A stretch of 64,000 bases of DNA, from NCBI GenBank assembly GCA_043228905.1, contig JBHGNT010000008.1, forward strand, positions 17,546,001-17,610,000, in the 5' to 3' direction. Positions 38,980 to 52,317 of the stretch are shown one piece after another; position 1 is the first letter of the stretch, and every line of letters begins with the position of its first letter. The translations under genes and the position numbers were made by a program. The DNA is from Azolla caroliniana. Its lineage: Eukaryota > Plantae > Polypodiophyta. The notes beneath the pieces were generated by a model. It searched no databases, had not been told where the DNA came from, and saw only the letters and a list, made by a program, of their open reading frames with translations.

Positions 38980-39280
38980 GCATACATACATACATACAAT
39001 AATGTACATTATGTAATGTATGTATGTATTGTATGATTATATGATTATATGATTGTATGTATGTACATATTGTATGTATTGTATGATTGTATGTATGTAT
39101 GTATGTATGTATGTATGTATGTATGCATGTATGTATGTATGTATGTATGTATTGTACGATTGTATGTATGCATGCATTCTATGATTGTATGTTATGTATG
39201 TATTGTATGATTATATGATTGTATGTATGTATTGTATGATTATATGATTGTATGTATGTGTTGTATGATTGTATGTATGT
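38980..39280. repeat. (TATG)n/(ATGATTGT)n microsatellite in the FZR upstream region
   Basis: Seen directly. Confidence 0.9.
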
Positions 39281-42200
39281 GAACTTCCTTGCTTGTCATC
39301 AAGGTGTCATCATCTGACATCAATGTCGAGGTTGGCGTCCCGAGAGTGTCAAATTTAGGGTTTCCTTCATCAAAGTGTCGATGTATGGGTTGCCATCACC
39401 GAGGTGTGTGTCTGTGTAAGCTTCCATCTCCATCTCCTTGTATTTGTCCATTTATGACCATGCATGTGTTTGTGTCCGCATTCGTGTTCATTATGCTCGT
39501 GCTAACCTCCGTCATGAGAGCGCATTGATCGAGTTGGCTCGTCTCTCTCAAACCATCCATCTTGAATTAGGGTGACCATATGCATGTGTGTTTTCGAGTG
39601 GTTGCAATCCGTATGATATGACCTCTCATCTTAAAATGCTTCGTCATTTAATGCTTGTTGGACATGCAACATAAGGAGGAACTTAGCCTCTCCCCTTCGA
39701 TGAAGTTGTGTTGATGTCCATTGTGAGTGTGCATTGGCCAAGTTGGCTTAGCTTTGGAACCACTAATCTCAAGATAGTGGTAGACCTACATGTTTTGAAG
39801 TCACTAAAATGAATTCAATGAAGTGTTCTTTGATCCCGACTTAATGTTCAATGTGCATACAATGTTTAAAGGAACTCAATTATGTTAATTATGCATGCGC
39901 CTTGAAAGAACCTATGCTCTATCAACTCAAAACGTAGATGAACATCACATTCATCACCAGTTAGAAAAGAGATGGATGTAGAAGGTTGTAACTTGTATTA
40001 TGTGAGTCATCTAGCTAAATAGGAAAGTTGGGTTGTGTTTCAATTCCAAGCCTACAAACATGCCCCCACTACTAGACCAAGGCTCTCCAAATAGAGGATT
40101 TTAATTGTCCTCAAAGGTAAAATATAAACAATCAAACCAGAGTGAAACATTTTCATTATACTATGTTGAGCTAGTAAGTGACTCCTAACGCTCAAGAATT
40201 TTGCTAACGATGTTGCAATTGAGTGTCCACATCTTCAATCATAGAGAAATGTGTATAGGGATAGGCCAAAGTTGAATATCCAGAGAAAGCAAAGGTGGAG
40301 CACTACTAAAGAGTATGGTACTAAACTTGATGAGTCTCCTCGTTGATGCCATAATCCCCCCCCATCTCACATGAAAGAGAATGTGAACTAAGTCATTTGG
40401 AAGCAATGGTGTGGATGACATACAAAGAAATGGTTTGTAGCATGTATAGGTCAACATGGTTGTGCTTTCCAAGGAGGAGAAAATATACACTATTCTGGTT
40501 TGGTGTAAGATATGTAATATAATATGCGAAGAGTAAGCCTCCACATCTTTCCTAACATGATACATGAGCATTGTAAAAAACATTAATTGAAGATTCCATT
40601 GAGGCCATCACTAAGCAATTATAATTCATACCATCTTCCAAACCATTTCTTCATATCATGTATTTATCCTGAATTCAATATTTTCTTTTATATATATCTT
40701 ATTCGTAATTTTTTACTTGCTTCCCAAACAAATTAATGTTGACATGATGTTTGATTAAAGAACCCTTAAGAATGTACTCTACCATTCTCTCCATTTCCCA
40801 TGACCTCAATGAGAATTGATATGGTCTTAAGATCAAGAAGTAAGAGCATGTATAACATGTTTAACTAAACTTGAAGAAACTACATTAGAAAGTGATTTTA
40901 TAGATTGTCAAAACTCACCCTAAGCAGTTTTACTGATGCCACAACCCCATACTTTGAACCCATAAGGAAGCATTCGTGTTGCCAGAGTGTGAGATAGACT
41001 TTTCTTGTAATCCTAACATTTGATTTCTCCTTCATTACATATGTTCTCAAATGCACAATAAGCCCTTATTGCTTCTTGCAAGTGGCAAATGGCGCATTTA
41101 TTCCATCAATGACTAGAGGTAAGTATTTGAAGCTTTGTATTGGTTTAGAGTGTCATATTAGATTGTGTGTGTGTGATAGAGAGTGATCCTCAATTCTAGT
41201 TAGATTTGTTTTGTTAATGATACTACAATATTGGGCTTTTTGAGCTCCCACTTGGAATCTAAGAGCATGAAGTGCTTGTGTGTAGGAACTTTTCATAGTT
41301 CTAGGGTACAATGAGAAACATTTATTTGGTGTTTGACATTTGGCTCAACTTAGACATTACTTGATGCCCAAGTCAGTCGAGTCAAGGAGGTGAATAGAGG
41401 AAAGATTGGAGTTAGGTCATCATGAGCACTTCAACCATAAGGCTTCATTGTGATCTGCATTATATTGCCAACAAACTCATTTGAATTTTTGTTTGAGGAA
41501 ACTTGATGGAGACTTTTGCAACACAGAGTTGTATGCATTTTCCACATTGCACCCCCAATGAGAAAAGTTTTGATAAAATTTAAGTGCCTACATATATTAT
41601 CCATTTCGAAACGTTTCCTATCTTTATCTTTACTGAAATGCATTTTCAAGGTTTTAAACACAACAAATATATTTAGCATAGAACTATATTTTGCCACTTA
41701 CCCCTCCTTTTGCGTACTAGAGCCTAGTTCCTTTTTAAGCTCTGTCACTATTCATTGTCATCTTACACGTTTTCAAACTTGATGATTCCTTATTCCTTCA
41801 CACGTTTAAATACCTAACTATTCCTTATCACATTGTACACTCTTGCTCACATGTAGATTCATACTTTTGAACAATGAAAATTCCTTGTCAATTTACATAC
41901 ACTTTTTCACATTGGACAATTCCTTGTCACCCTACAGACTTATTCCTTTTTAAGACACCACCGAGAAGGTTGAGCTCATATGTGTATGCTTTATTCACAC
42001 ATAAAGACTTTGTGCTTCAATGTATGAATACCCCTTCTTAGGAAGGAGACATATATTAAGAACACATGTATACTCTAGTCCCATAGGTCAAAATTAGCCT
42101 CTTTATGGACGATAAAAACTCTAATTCTAATTCTAATTCCTAACATACCTCCCACCCCTCATGTTTTGTTTCATTCATTCTTCACCTCCAAGTTATCTGG

Positions 42201-42729
42201 GCTTCGAAGATCAAGAATACATTTTTTTCTTCCAATAGCGAATGCTACCAACATAAGGTTAGAGAGAGATAAAGATGATGTGTACGTGGATTTTCCACAT
42301 AGAGAGATACATCATTAATTGTTAAAACATTAAAAGATTTTAGATTCTTTCACATTGGGTGACCATTTATAAAATAAGCTTAGTAGTTGTGAGTGATTGT
42401 TCCACCCAATTTTGCGGTTTTCTTCTCCTTCCTCCTTCCTTCCTCCTTTTTCACATTGGACAATTCCTTGTCACCCTACAAACATTCCTAACATACCTCC
42501 CACTCATGTTTTCTTTCATTCTTTCTTCTCCTCCAGGTTATCTGGGCTTAGAAGATCACGAATACATTTGTTTCTTCCAACAACAAATGCTACCAACATA
42601 AGGTTAGAGAGAGATGGAGATAATGTGTACGTGGATTTCCCACATAGAGAGATATATCATTAATTGTTAAAACATTAAAACATTTTAGATTCTTTGAAGG
42701 GGCTAACATTTATAAACTAAGCTTAATAG

Positions 42730-43836
42730 TTGTGAGTGATTGTTCCCCTATGCTCACATATAGAGGTGAAAATATACAATTTTTTCAAAGCTTTAAATAT
42801 CTTGGTATTTATGTACGTGCCACAAATAAATGGAGTGCATGCTTTGATTCTAGGCTCCAAGCCGGTTGGAGATCGTATTACCTTTTGGAGAACCAATGCA
42901 ACCAAAGTGATACTTGTGGATGGGAAGTAAAACTAATGTTGTTCAATGCCATGGTAACTCAAGTATTGCTTTATGGAGTAGAAGTATGGGGTGACACCAT
43001 CTCTCTTAATGCATGGAATGAGATTGAGAAAATTCAAAAGATGTTTTTAAGGAGGCAATTAGGAGTTAAATGCACTACCTCTTACCAGGTTATGCTCTTG
43101 GAAATAGGTGTTTGGCCCATAGAGATATTGACACTCCAAAGCGTATACAGATACATTACAAAAGTCAAGAATATGTCGAATCATCGATTACCACATCTTG
43201 CTTGGAATGTTGGATGTAAACTACAAAAGAATCATAAGAGTAAAATTCTCTCATCTGGTTGGGTTGTTAACATAAGAAAATGGTTCAAAAGATGGGATGT
43301 GGATGATCTTTTAGAGCTTTTGGGCGATGCTATGCATTATGTAATGATTGAGGAAAGGTTGGTGGAATCATTAAGGATGAAACGGGATGATGCTAAGAGG
43401 AAAAAGCTAGAATATTACATTGCGAATGTCAACCCTGAATGTTGGTCTCAATATAAGGCTAGAATGCCTATTGATCGTATCCAACCTTATCTCATTACCA
43501 ATATGAGTACTAATGCTCATAGAGCCCTCACACTACTTTGCACTCAATATCACAAGTTAGGTATTGAAGTTGCATCATGGTATCAAAATGTAACAAATTT
43601 GAGGACATGTAAAGTATGCAATGAAGGCATACTAGATGACGAATGTCACTTGCTCTTCAAGTGCTCGGCATATAGAGAAATTCATTCAAGATATGATGAC
43701 ATATTAAGAGGGAGTGATAACTAAAGTGCCATACTTAACACACTGCCTAGAAGGTTGAGCTCATATGTGCATGCCTTATTCACACATAGAGACATTGTGC
43801 TTCAATGTATGAATACCCCTTTTTAGGAATGAGACA
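42730..43836 (+). mobile_element. Non-LTR retrotransposon (LINE) 3' part: RT thumb plus C-terminal zinc motif
   Basis: 330-aa ORF with FKYLG, LLYGVEVWG, LGV..T....LLEIG, RLP, and RTCKVC..DDECHLLFKC; 3' tail also copied at ~41955-42055; ~230-bp local duplication 42130-42360 / 42480-42700. Confidence 0.8.
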
Positions 43837-44650
43837 TGTTGGATGAGCAACAGGAAGCAGACGAGTTGCTGTTTTCCTGCACAGAAAATGGTGAACAACA
43901 CAGAAAGCAAGAGAGCACAAAGAAAGACACAAAAGAAAATGTTTTGGCGTACACAACAAACCCTCGTTTTTTATTAACTTATATACCTAGTGATAAATGG
44001 TGAGAAATACCTTTTTGGCCTTTCTCACTATCTATCAATCTCCCACTAAAGGCCAAACAAGGGATCAACAAAGCTGATGGGAGGATTGTACAAGACCTAC
44101 ACATCCTACTTGATGAGTATGTTACACAATATACAAAAACAATGTGTAACCTGAACACCTAAGTAATTCCCATCAAGTGACAATAATGCTCTAGCGCATC
44201 ACGGGATAGAGCTTTGGTCAATGCATCTGCGACATTTTCTTGAGGGAAAACTTTCTCAAGACTGATGTAGCCAACAACTATGCATTCTCGGATGAAGTGA
44301 TATCGCCCTCCAATGTGCTTGGTCTTTTCTTGGTATACTGAAATTTTCGCCAATGCAATGGCACTCTAACTATCACAAAACAGTATGGGTACAAGTTTAG
44401 GTATGCCCATGCCACAAGCTAATTTGGACAGCCATACAGTTTCCTTGGATGCTTCGTTAATTGCAACATACTTTCCTTCTGTAGTGGACAAAGCAGTACA
44501 TTCTTGGAGACGAGATCTCCAAGATATGGCACCTCCCATAAACTGAAAAATATACTCCGAAGTGGATTTTTTGCTTTCAAAACAACCAACATAACCAGAG
44601 TTTGTATATCCAATAATGGATACATTTCCACGACCTAAACATAAACACTT

Positions 44651-47600
44651 TGTTGAGCGAGCAAGATCAACCGGATCTAGATCGACTGAATAAGGCAAAG
44701 CCGGATCGGTGTTTGGATGATATCCGGAACCAGGAGCTGGATCGGAAACCCGGATCAGATTGTAACCGGTAGGCCGTTAGAGGCCTACGGATCCGGCCTA
44801 GTACGAAGGCATATTTTTGGGAGTCAGTGATAGTCGCTCATGTGAGCATTGAAGTACCTGTCAGTACTTCTGTCAGTCCTTTATGGACTTGTATAAAAGT
44901 GCTCTCTGAGCACATTCTATGTACAGAATATTGAGAGTATTATTTTGGAATAGAGTTTATGTTCTGCTCTCTCTCTCTCTCTCTCTCTCTCATACGTACA
45001 CGTACTCTTTGTGTTGAGCCTTTCTTTCATCTTCTGTTGCTATCCGGTTGAGCCGGTTTGTCAAACGCTTCTGCACGCTTACTTTGACATGGTATCAGAG
45101 AGTGAGGGTTGAGAACCTCTGCAACTGACAAACGCTTTCGAAGACAAACCCTAATACCCGGTAAGGACAGACAAAGAAAGATATGGACAGAGGTATGGCG
45201 CGTTCACTTCCCATAGAGAAGCTCGACCGGAGCAACTACGTGTCCTGGTCATATAAAATGCACCAATACTTGTTGGGGCATGGATATTGGAGCTACGTGG
45301 AAAGAACCAACGAGGTAGTGTCGGAGTTGGCACACAAGGACTTCCTGGCATGGGAGCAAGGAGCGAGCCGAGTTTTGTACTGCCTAGCCTCATGTGTGCA
45401 CGATCAGATGCTCGGCTACATCAAGGATGCAAAAACGCCAAAGGAGGCCTGGGAAAATATTTGGAAGATTTTCGCTGCGAGTACCATAACCCGTAAGTTG
45501 TAGCTCCAGCAAGAGCTAAACAACATCCGACAAAGAGATATGTCGATTACGGACTACACCACCAAGATAAAGGAGATTTGCAACGTGCTCGGGGTCCATC
45601 AACATGACGGTGGACGAAGATGAGATGGTTCAAATTCGCCTCGGTGGTCTAGCACAACGGTAAGGACCAATCCGGATGACAATTTGCACCAGGGAGAAGC
45701 CACTGTCCTTCTTCGACTTACAATCAATGTTGATGGTCGAAGAAAACCATGCGAGTGGGTTGAGGATCACTCAATTGGAAAGCCGAATGCTATACACAGA
45801 GGCGGATCGGTCCTGTGGGCGTGGAGGTCGAGGTGGGTTGGCACGCAATGGAGGCGGCCGACAAGAGCAGAACCAAAGGCACAGAGACAGTGCCAACAGT
45901 AGTTCCGGACCCTCCACAAGCAGGGGGAGTCAAGTTGGAGTCGGAAACCGGCAGTCGAAAACCGACACAGAATGTTGGTACTGTGGCAAAAAAGGCCACA
46001 GGGAAAGCGAGGGCTGGATGAAGCGCGCCGATTCGGACAAATCCAGATCCAGCAAAGCCGGTCGGGAAAACCAGCAAAGCTCGCACTACATGGCAGGATT
46101 AGAAGGATCTGGAATCGGGAATACCGGAAAAGGGCCAACCTTCGTGATGAAGCACAAGGCTAACTCGATGAAGAAGACTACTTCCAAATCGGAGGAAGTA
46201 TGGTACGTTGATTCCGGAGCGTCCAACCACATGACGAGCCATGAAGAGTGGTTTTCTTTTTTGGAGAAACTGGAACAACCGGGGATCGTCAAAACCGGAG
46301 ATGACACCCCTCACCCGATTGTGAATGTCGGAGAAGTCCCTTTGAGCCATATCGGACAAAAGGGGAAACTGATGAACGTACTACACGTTCCAACTATCAC
46401 AAAGAACCTTGGTGTCGGTTGGACAAATCGTCGACCAAGGAATGCAAGTGCGGTTTACGCACCTCGGGTGCTTCATCGAGGAAGAAGGCTGGATAATTGC
46501 GCAAGGGCGCAGGGAAGGGAGGATGTTCATCCTCAACACTAATGACGTCGGCACCGCCATGTTTGCCAAAGGACAGAAGATTGAATCGGACATCGATCTC
46601 TGCATAAGTGGATCAGCCACGTCAACTACCGGAGGCTTCAAGATCTGCAATCGAAACAAATTGTGTTCGGATTGCCGAAATTTAGTGGCCAGAAGGCCCA
46701 AATATGTGAAGCCTACCAACACGGGAAGCAACACCGGCTTCCATTCCCCACCAAACGAAACCGGAGCCGTAACAAACTCGACTTAATCCATTCGGATGTA
46801 TGGGGCTCGACACAAAACGTTAGTCTTGGCGGGAGTCGGTATTTCATCTCTTTCATCGACGACTACAACCTGCACATGTGGATCTACCTCATCGAGAAGT
46901 AAAGCGAAGTCTTCGACTGTTTCCGGAACCTTCAAAGTTTAGTCGAAAGGCAAACAGAGAGGAAGATCAAGTGCCTGCAATCGGATGGCGGAAAAGAATA
47001 TTTTTCCAGCCAATTCAACAGTTATTTGCAACAGAACGGAATTCGGAGAGAATTCAGCTGCAGATACACACCAAACCAAAACGGTGTGGCCAAAAGGAAG
47101 AACCGGTTGATTGTCGATGCGGCAAGGGCGATTCTGGAGGAGAAGAGCATGTCCCAATTCTACTGGGATGAGGCGGTCCGGACGGCCGTCTACATCCAAA
47201 ACCGGATCGGAGGCAAGGCGTCAGCACATGAGGTGTATTTCGGGTGGAAGCCAAATTTGAGGCACCTTCGGATATTCGGTAGCATAGCATATGTGCATGT
47301 ACCGGATGAGAAGCGGAAGAAGCTAGATCCGAAGTCAGAGAAGTGCATCCTAGTTGGTTACTCACATGAGCAAAAGGGGTATAAGTGCTATAACCCCCGG
47401 ACTAAACAAGTACGAGTAAGTCAAGATGTCAAGTTTGATGAGTAGGCATCATGGTACACCCTACTGACTCGAACTCCCATCGAAAACCTGATTTTGGAAG
47501 ATGAGGCTAGTGAGACCGAGGAGGTCCAGGAAGAAGATGAAGACTTCGGCACTCTAGACGAGAGTCCGATCTCATTCCGGCTATGTGGACCGAATGAATG

Positions 47601-50459
47601 GCTGAGTCGGAATGACCAGTCGGATATAGAACCGGCGAGTAGTGGAGACTCTGCCATGCTCTCCCCGCGCAAGGAACCAAGGAGACGGTTCACGCGCAAG
47701 GAGAAGGGGAAGAAGAAGATGCTGGAATATGAAACCGACAATGATGAGTCGGATCGGAGCGAATGCAACTCCGGAAAGGAAGAAGGCAGACCTTCAGAAA
47801 GGAATTCCGAACCGGCCAAGAAGGGTCCTAAACCGGATAACAACAAGTTACGCCGGTCATCCCGCCAGAAGAAAACTGTCATGAGGTACGGGTACAATGA
47901 ATACATGGTGCATCACTATGCGTACATGACTAAGGTGGTGGAAGTGCGTGAGCCGGAGAGCTACGCAGAAGCGGCAAAGGACGCAAATTGGCGTGCCGCT
48001 ATGGAAGAAGAAATGCGGGCATTCGATGCCAACGACACATGGGACCTGGTTGACCCACCCCTACAGTGCAAACCGATTGGTTGCAAATGGGTGTACAAGG
48101 TAAAGTACAACGCCGACGGTTTGGTTAACCGGTACAAAGCCCAGTTAGTGGCGAAAGGATACACACAGACCCACAGAATCGACTATGATGAGACCATCGC
48201 TTTGGTAGCGAAGATGACGATGGTTCATGTGGTACTGGCGGTTGCTGCGGCAAAGGGATGACATCTTCACCAAATGGACGTGAAGAATGCGTTTCTTCAA
48301 GGTGACCTTGAAGAACGGGTCTATATGATCCAACCCCCTAGTTTCCAATCTGAGATGAACAAGTTGGTAGTGTGCCGACTCAAAAAGTCGCTTTACGGTA
48401 TGAAGCAAGCACCTCGAGCTTGGAATGTGAAGATCACGCACCGGCTGCGTAAGATGGGGTTTGTGGCCTCAAAGTCCGACTCTTCGTTGTTCATTCGGAA
48501 CGGTCCGGTTTGCATTTTTCTTTATGTAGATGATTTAGTCATCACCGGACCCAGACTCGTTGAAATCAGCCGAGTGAAGTCCCAACTGTCGGACGCATTT
48601 GAAATGAAGGACATGGGGGACCTTCATTATTTTATTGGGATCGAGGTGATCCGAACCCCCAATGGCATATTGCTCTCACAACGCCATTATGTCTTGAATA
48701 TGCTGTACAAGTTCGGCATGACTGAATGCCGACCAATCTCCACACCCCTGGACTTGAACTTGAAGCTATGTCCCGACTACGGACCGACCTGCGATGAGAA
48801 ACGGTTCCGACAAATTGTCGGAAGCCTTATCTACTTTACAATCACCCGACCCGACGTCAGTTATCCAGTCGGAGTGATCAACCAGTTCATGCAAAAGTCG
48901 ACTGTTGAGCACCTTCAGTGCGCACACCGGATACTCCAGTATGTTAGCAGCACGAAGGACTGGGAACTTTTATACCGACACGGTATAGCTAGGAAGCTAG
49001 TTGGAGATACCGATGTTGACTAGGCTGGTGATGCATCGGATCGCTGATCCACCTCTAGTTACATGTTTTCTCTTGGTAGCGCGGTTGTTGTATGGAGCAG
49101 CAAAAAGCAACCAACAGTGGCTCTGTCGACCATCGAGGTTGAATACCGGGGCGCTACCATTGCCACCTGTGAAGCCATCTGGCGTCAACGACTACTGCGT
49201 GACCTCCAAATGGAGGTGCCGACCCTGATCTCGATCCACTGTGACAACATGAGCAGCATACAGCTCGCCAAGAACCTAGTGTTCCATGCTCGGACAAAGC
49301 ACATAGAAGTGCATTATCACTTTGTTCGTGAGCTGGTCCTGAGTAGTGAAGTTGAACTTCGGTATGTTCACACGGATCGGCAGGTTGCCGACATCTTCAC
49401 CAAGCCGCTCAAGTCGGACAAGTTGCAACACTTTTTGGTGAGGCTCGGCCTACAACATCTCAACATGCCACACTTGAGGGGGAAAATAGGAATGGGAACG
49501 AATGGCACCGGACAAGGAGCCGGAGAGGAAGAAAGAACCAAGGGGGGAGGTAAGCAGAAAAAGGAAGCCGAGCCGACCGAAGGAGTCGGCACATCTGAAC
49601 AGGTCGGAGCAAGCAGGAGTGGCGACAGAGTCAAGAAGGATAGAGCCGATCGGAAGAAGGTCAAGACCCGGACGTGGTCCGATGTGGTGAAGGGCCTAAA
49701 AACGAAAGACGAGTTGGAGACTACCAACTCTGACAAGAGCTGGAACGAATTGGAGGAAACCGAATCGGTTCAAGATTCAGTGAAGCCGGATCAACTAAAG
49801 GCCAAGCGGACGAGAAGGGAGCGGAAGTCGACACCGACATGGAGGAACCAATGGATCGACAAGCGCCAGAGTCATAACAACGAAGGAGCTGAAATGGGCC
49901 TATTGAGCAAACAAGCCGACCAAGGAGGTCGAGGTGCACAGTACCGGACGGGTCGCGGGAAGCGGAACTGGACCGGATGTCAGAAGGAGCCAGAGGAAAG
50001 GACCGGCTACTGCAGACACTAACACCACGATCCGACCTCAAGTTGAGCTTGAGGGGGTGTGTTGAGCGAGCAAGCTCAACCGGATCCGGATCGGTTGAAT
50101 AAGCCAAAGCCGGATCGGTGTCCGGATGATATCCAGAACCAGGAGCCGGATCGGATTGAAACCGGTAGGCTGTTAGAGGACTACGGATCCAACCTAGTAC
50201 GAAGGCATATTTTTGGGAGTTAATGATAGTCTCTCATGTGAGCATTGAAGTACTTGTCAGTCCTTTATGGACTTGTATAAAAGTGCTCTCTGAGCACATT
50301 CTATGTACAGAATATTGAGAGTATTATTTTGGAATAGAGTTTATGTTCTGCTCTCTCTCTCTTGCATATGCGTACTCTTTGTGTTGAGCCTTTCTTTCAT
50401 CTTCTATTGCTATCTGGCTAAGCCGGTTTGTCAAACGCTTCCGCACGCTTACTTTGACA
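44651..50459 (+). mobile_element. Full-length Ty1/Copia element (degenerate ORF): 5' LTR 44651-45089, PBS tRNA-iMet 45090-45100, PPT 50051-50059, 3' LTR 50060-50459, TSD CACTT
   Basis: Paired TGTTGAGCGAG...ACTTTGACA LTRs; TGGTATCAGAG PBS; CWYCGKKGH, WYVDSGASNHM, IHSDVWG, LYVDDL, KHIEVHYHFVRE; CACTT at 44646-44650 and 50460-50464. Confidence 0.96.
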
Positions 50460-51585
50460 CACTTATTCTTGGTGCCACGTAGATATCTCAATATCATTTT
50501 AATTGCCTCCCAATGTTTCTTACCAAGGTTTGACAAAAATATGCTCACAACTACCATTGCAAATGCAATTTCTAGCCTAGTCACTATTATCGCGTACATA
50601 AGGCTACCAACAATAGACTGGTAAGGAATTTTACTCATGAACTCCTTTTCATGATCAGATTTGGGGCATTCATCTTCACTCAATTTAACCTGCATAGATA
50701 ATAGAGTGCTCAAAGGCTTTACATTCTCCATATTAAACCTCTTGAGTATTTTGCATACATACTCCGATTGAGACAAGTAAATACATCCATTACTCCTATC
50801 CCGAGTAATACGCATTCCAAGCATGTGTTTAGCATCTCCCATATCTTTCACGACGAAGGTTTGACTCAAATTTTTCTTTAGTTTGGACAATTCATCCTTG
50901 TTTTTACCGGCGATGAGCATGTCATCGACATAGAGTATCAAAATCACATATGAGTCATCTATACATTTCTTCATATATAAGCATGAGTCTTCATTACTCC
51001 TAACATAATTTTGGGACCTCATAAAAGCATCAAATTTTTGATACCATTTTTGAGGTGATTGCTTAAGACCATATAAAATTTTCTTAAGTTTACATACCAA
51101 AGGCATTTTCCCATAAACTTCAAAGCCCTTTGGTTGCTCCATATAGATCTCTTCATCGATATCTCCATGCAAAAAAGAGGAACCACATCCATTTGAAATA
51201 AATCAAGATCATGTTTTGCAACCAACGCAAGCATCATGCGTAACATAGTCATCTTGACTACCAAGGAGAAGATTTCATCAAAATTGACTCCTTGTTCTTG
51301 TTTAAAACCTTTTGCCACAATGCGAGCTTTATACTTGGGAAGAACACTATCGGATGTGTATTTGTACTTATACACCCATTTACATGGTAGTGATTTCCTA
51401 CCTTTTGGCAAAGGCACTAAATCCCAAGTTCCATTCTTATGGATACTATCCAACTCATTTTGCATTGCTTGTTTCCATTTAGCATGACCGTGAACAAATA
51501 TGGCTTCATTGTAACATGAAGACTCACTGGCATCTGATAACATTACATAATCAACAAATTTACTAGGTGCTTTAGAGACACGTGT

Positions 51586-52317
51586 TGTCGTAGTGTAGTC
51601 CGCACACTATGTGAAAAATGTAAAAATAATATATCCGATTTAAGTACATATATATAAATAAAAGAAAATATTAAAATATTTATTACATACATAGGGCAAG
51701 ATTTGAACCCTATACCTCCATGTAAATAAACCAAAACTTTACCATTGCATTAACTTATCATAAGTATTATAAATATAGATTTAATAGGTATAACAATTTT
51801 ATTTATGCCTACCTTTATTAAAAGGTAAACCATGCATTTTTTAGTGTGTGAATACTTTATTTACAAGAAAAATATAAATCAATAATAAATAAATAAATAA
51901 TAATACTCGTGCACATCTAGCGTGCATGAGCACTATATTTTGGAAATAAAAGCATAGTGGGAAAAGGCAACTCATGGACATTTAGTGTGCATGAACACTT
52001 TAGAAAAGGAGGAAGCTATGCTTAGTCTCTCCCATCCTTATATAAGGAGGAGAGAAAGATGGGGGTTGATTATTTTGTAAGGATTGACCAATATAATATA
52101 TTCGTGGGATTCACGAATTTGTCAACTAAATTGTCTCTTACTATCTAAATACTGATTAAATACACTAAACTCGTGGGATTCACGAAATTCATAACTTACC
52201 TCCCTTTCTACCTATTCATTACTAGCCTTATCTCATATTCTTCTTTCTCCTGGACTTCCAAACCCTCAATGGTTCCCACCCGACTCACGCAACAATCCGG
52301 AGCCAAAAGGCACGTCA
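51586..52317 (+). mobile_element. Solo LTR, family B (TGTCGTAGTG...CACGTCA), 4-bp TSD GTGT/GCGT
   Basis: Homologous in reverse to 63018-63641; excision restores the host Copia frame RRSTRVSKAP. Confidence 0.8.
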
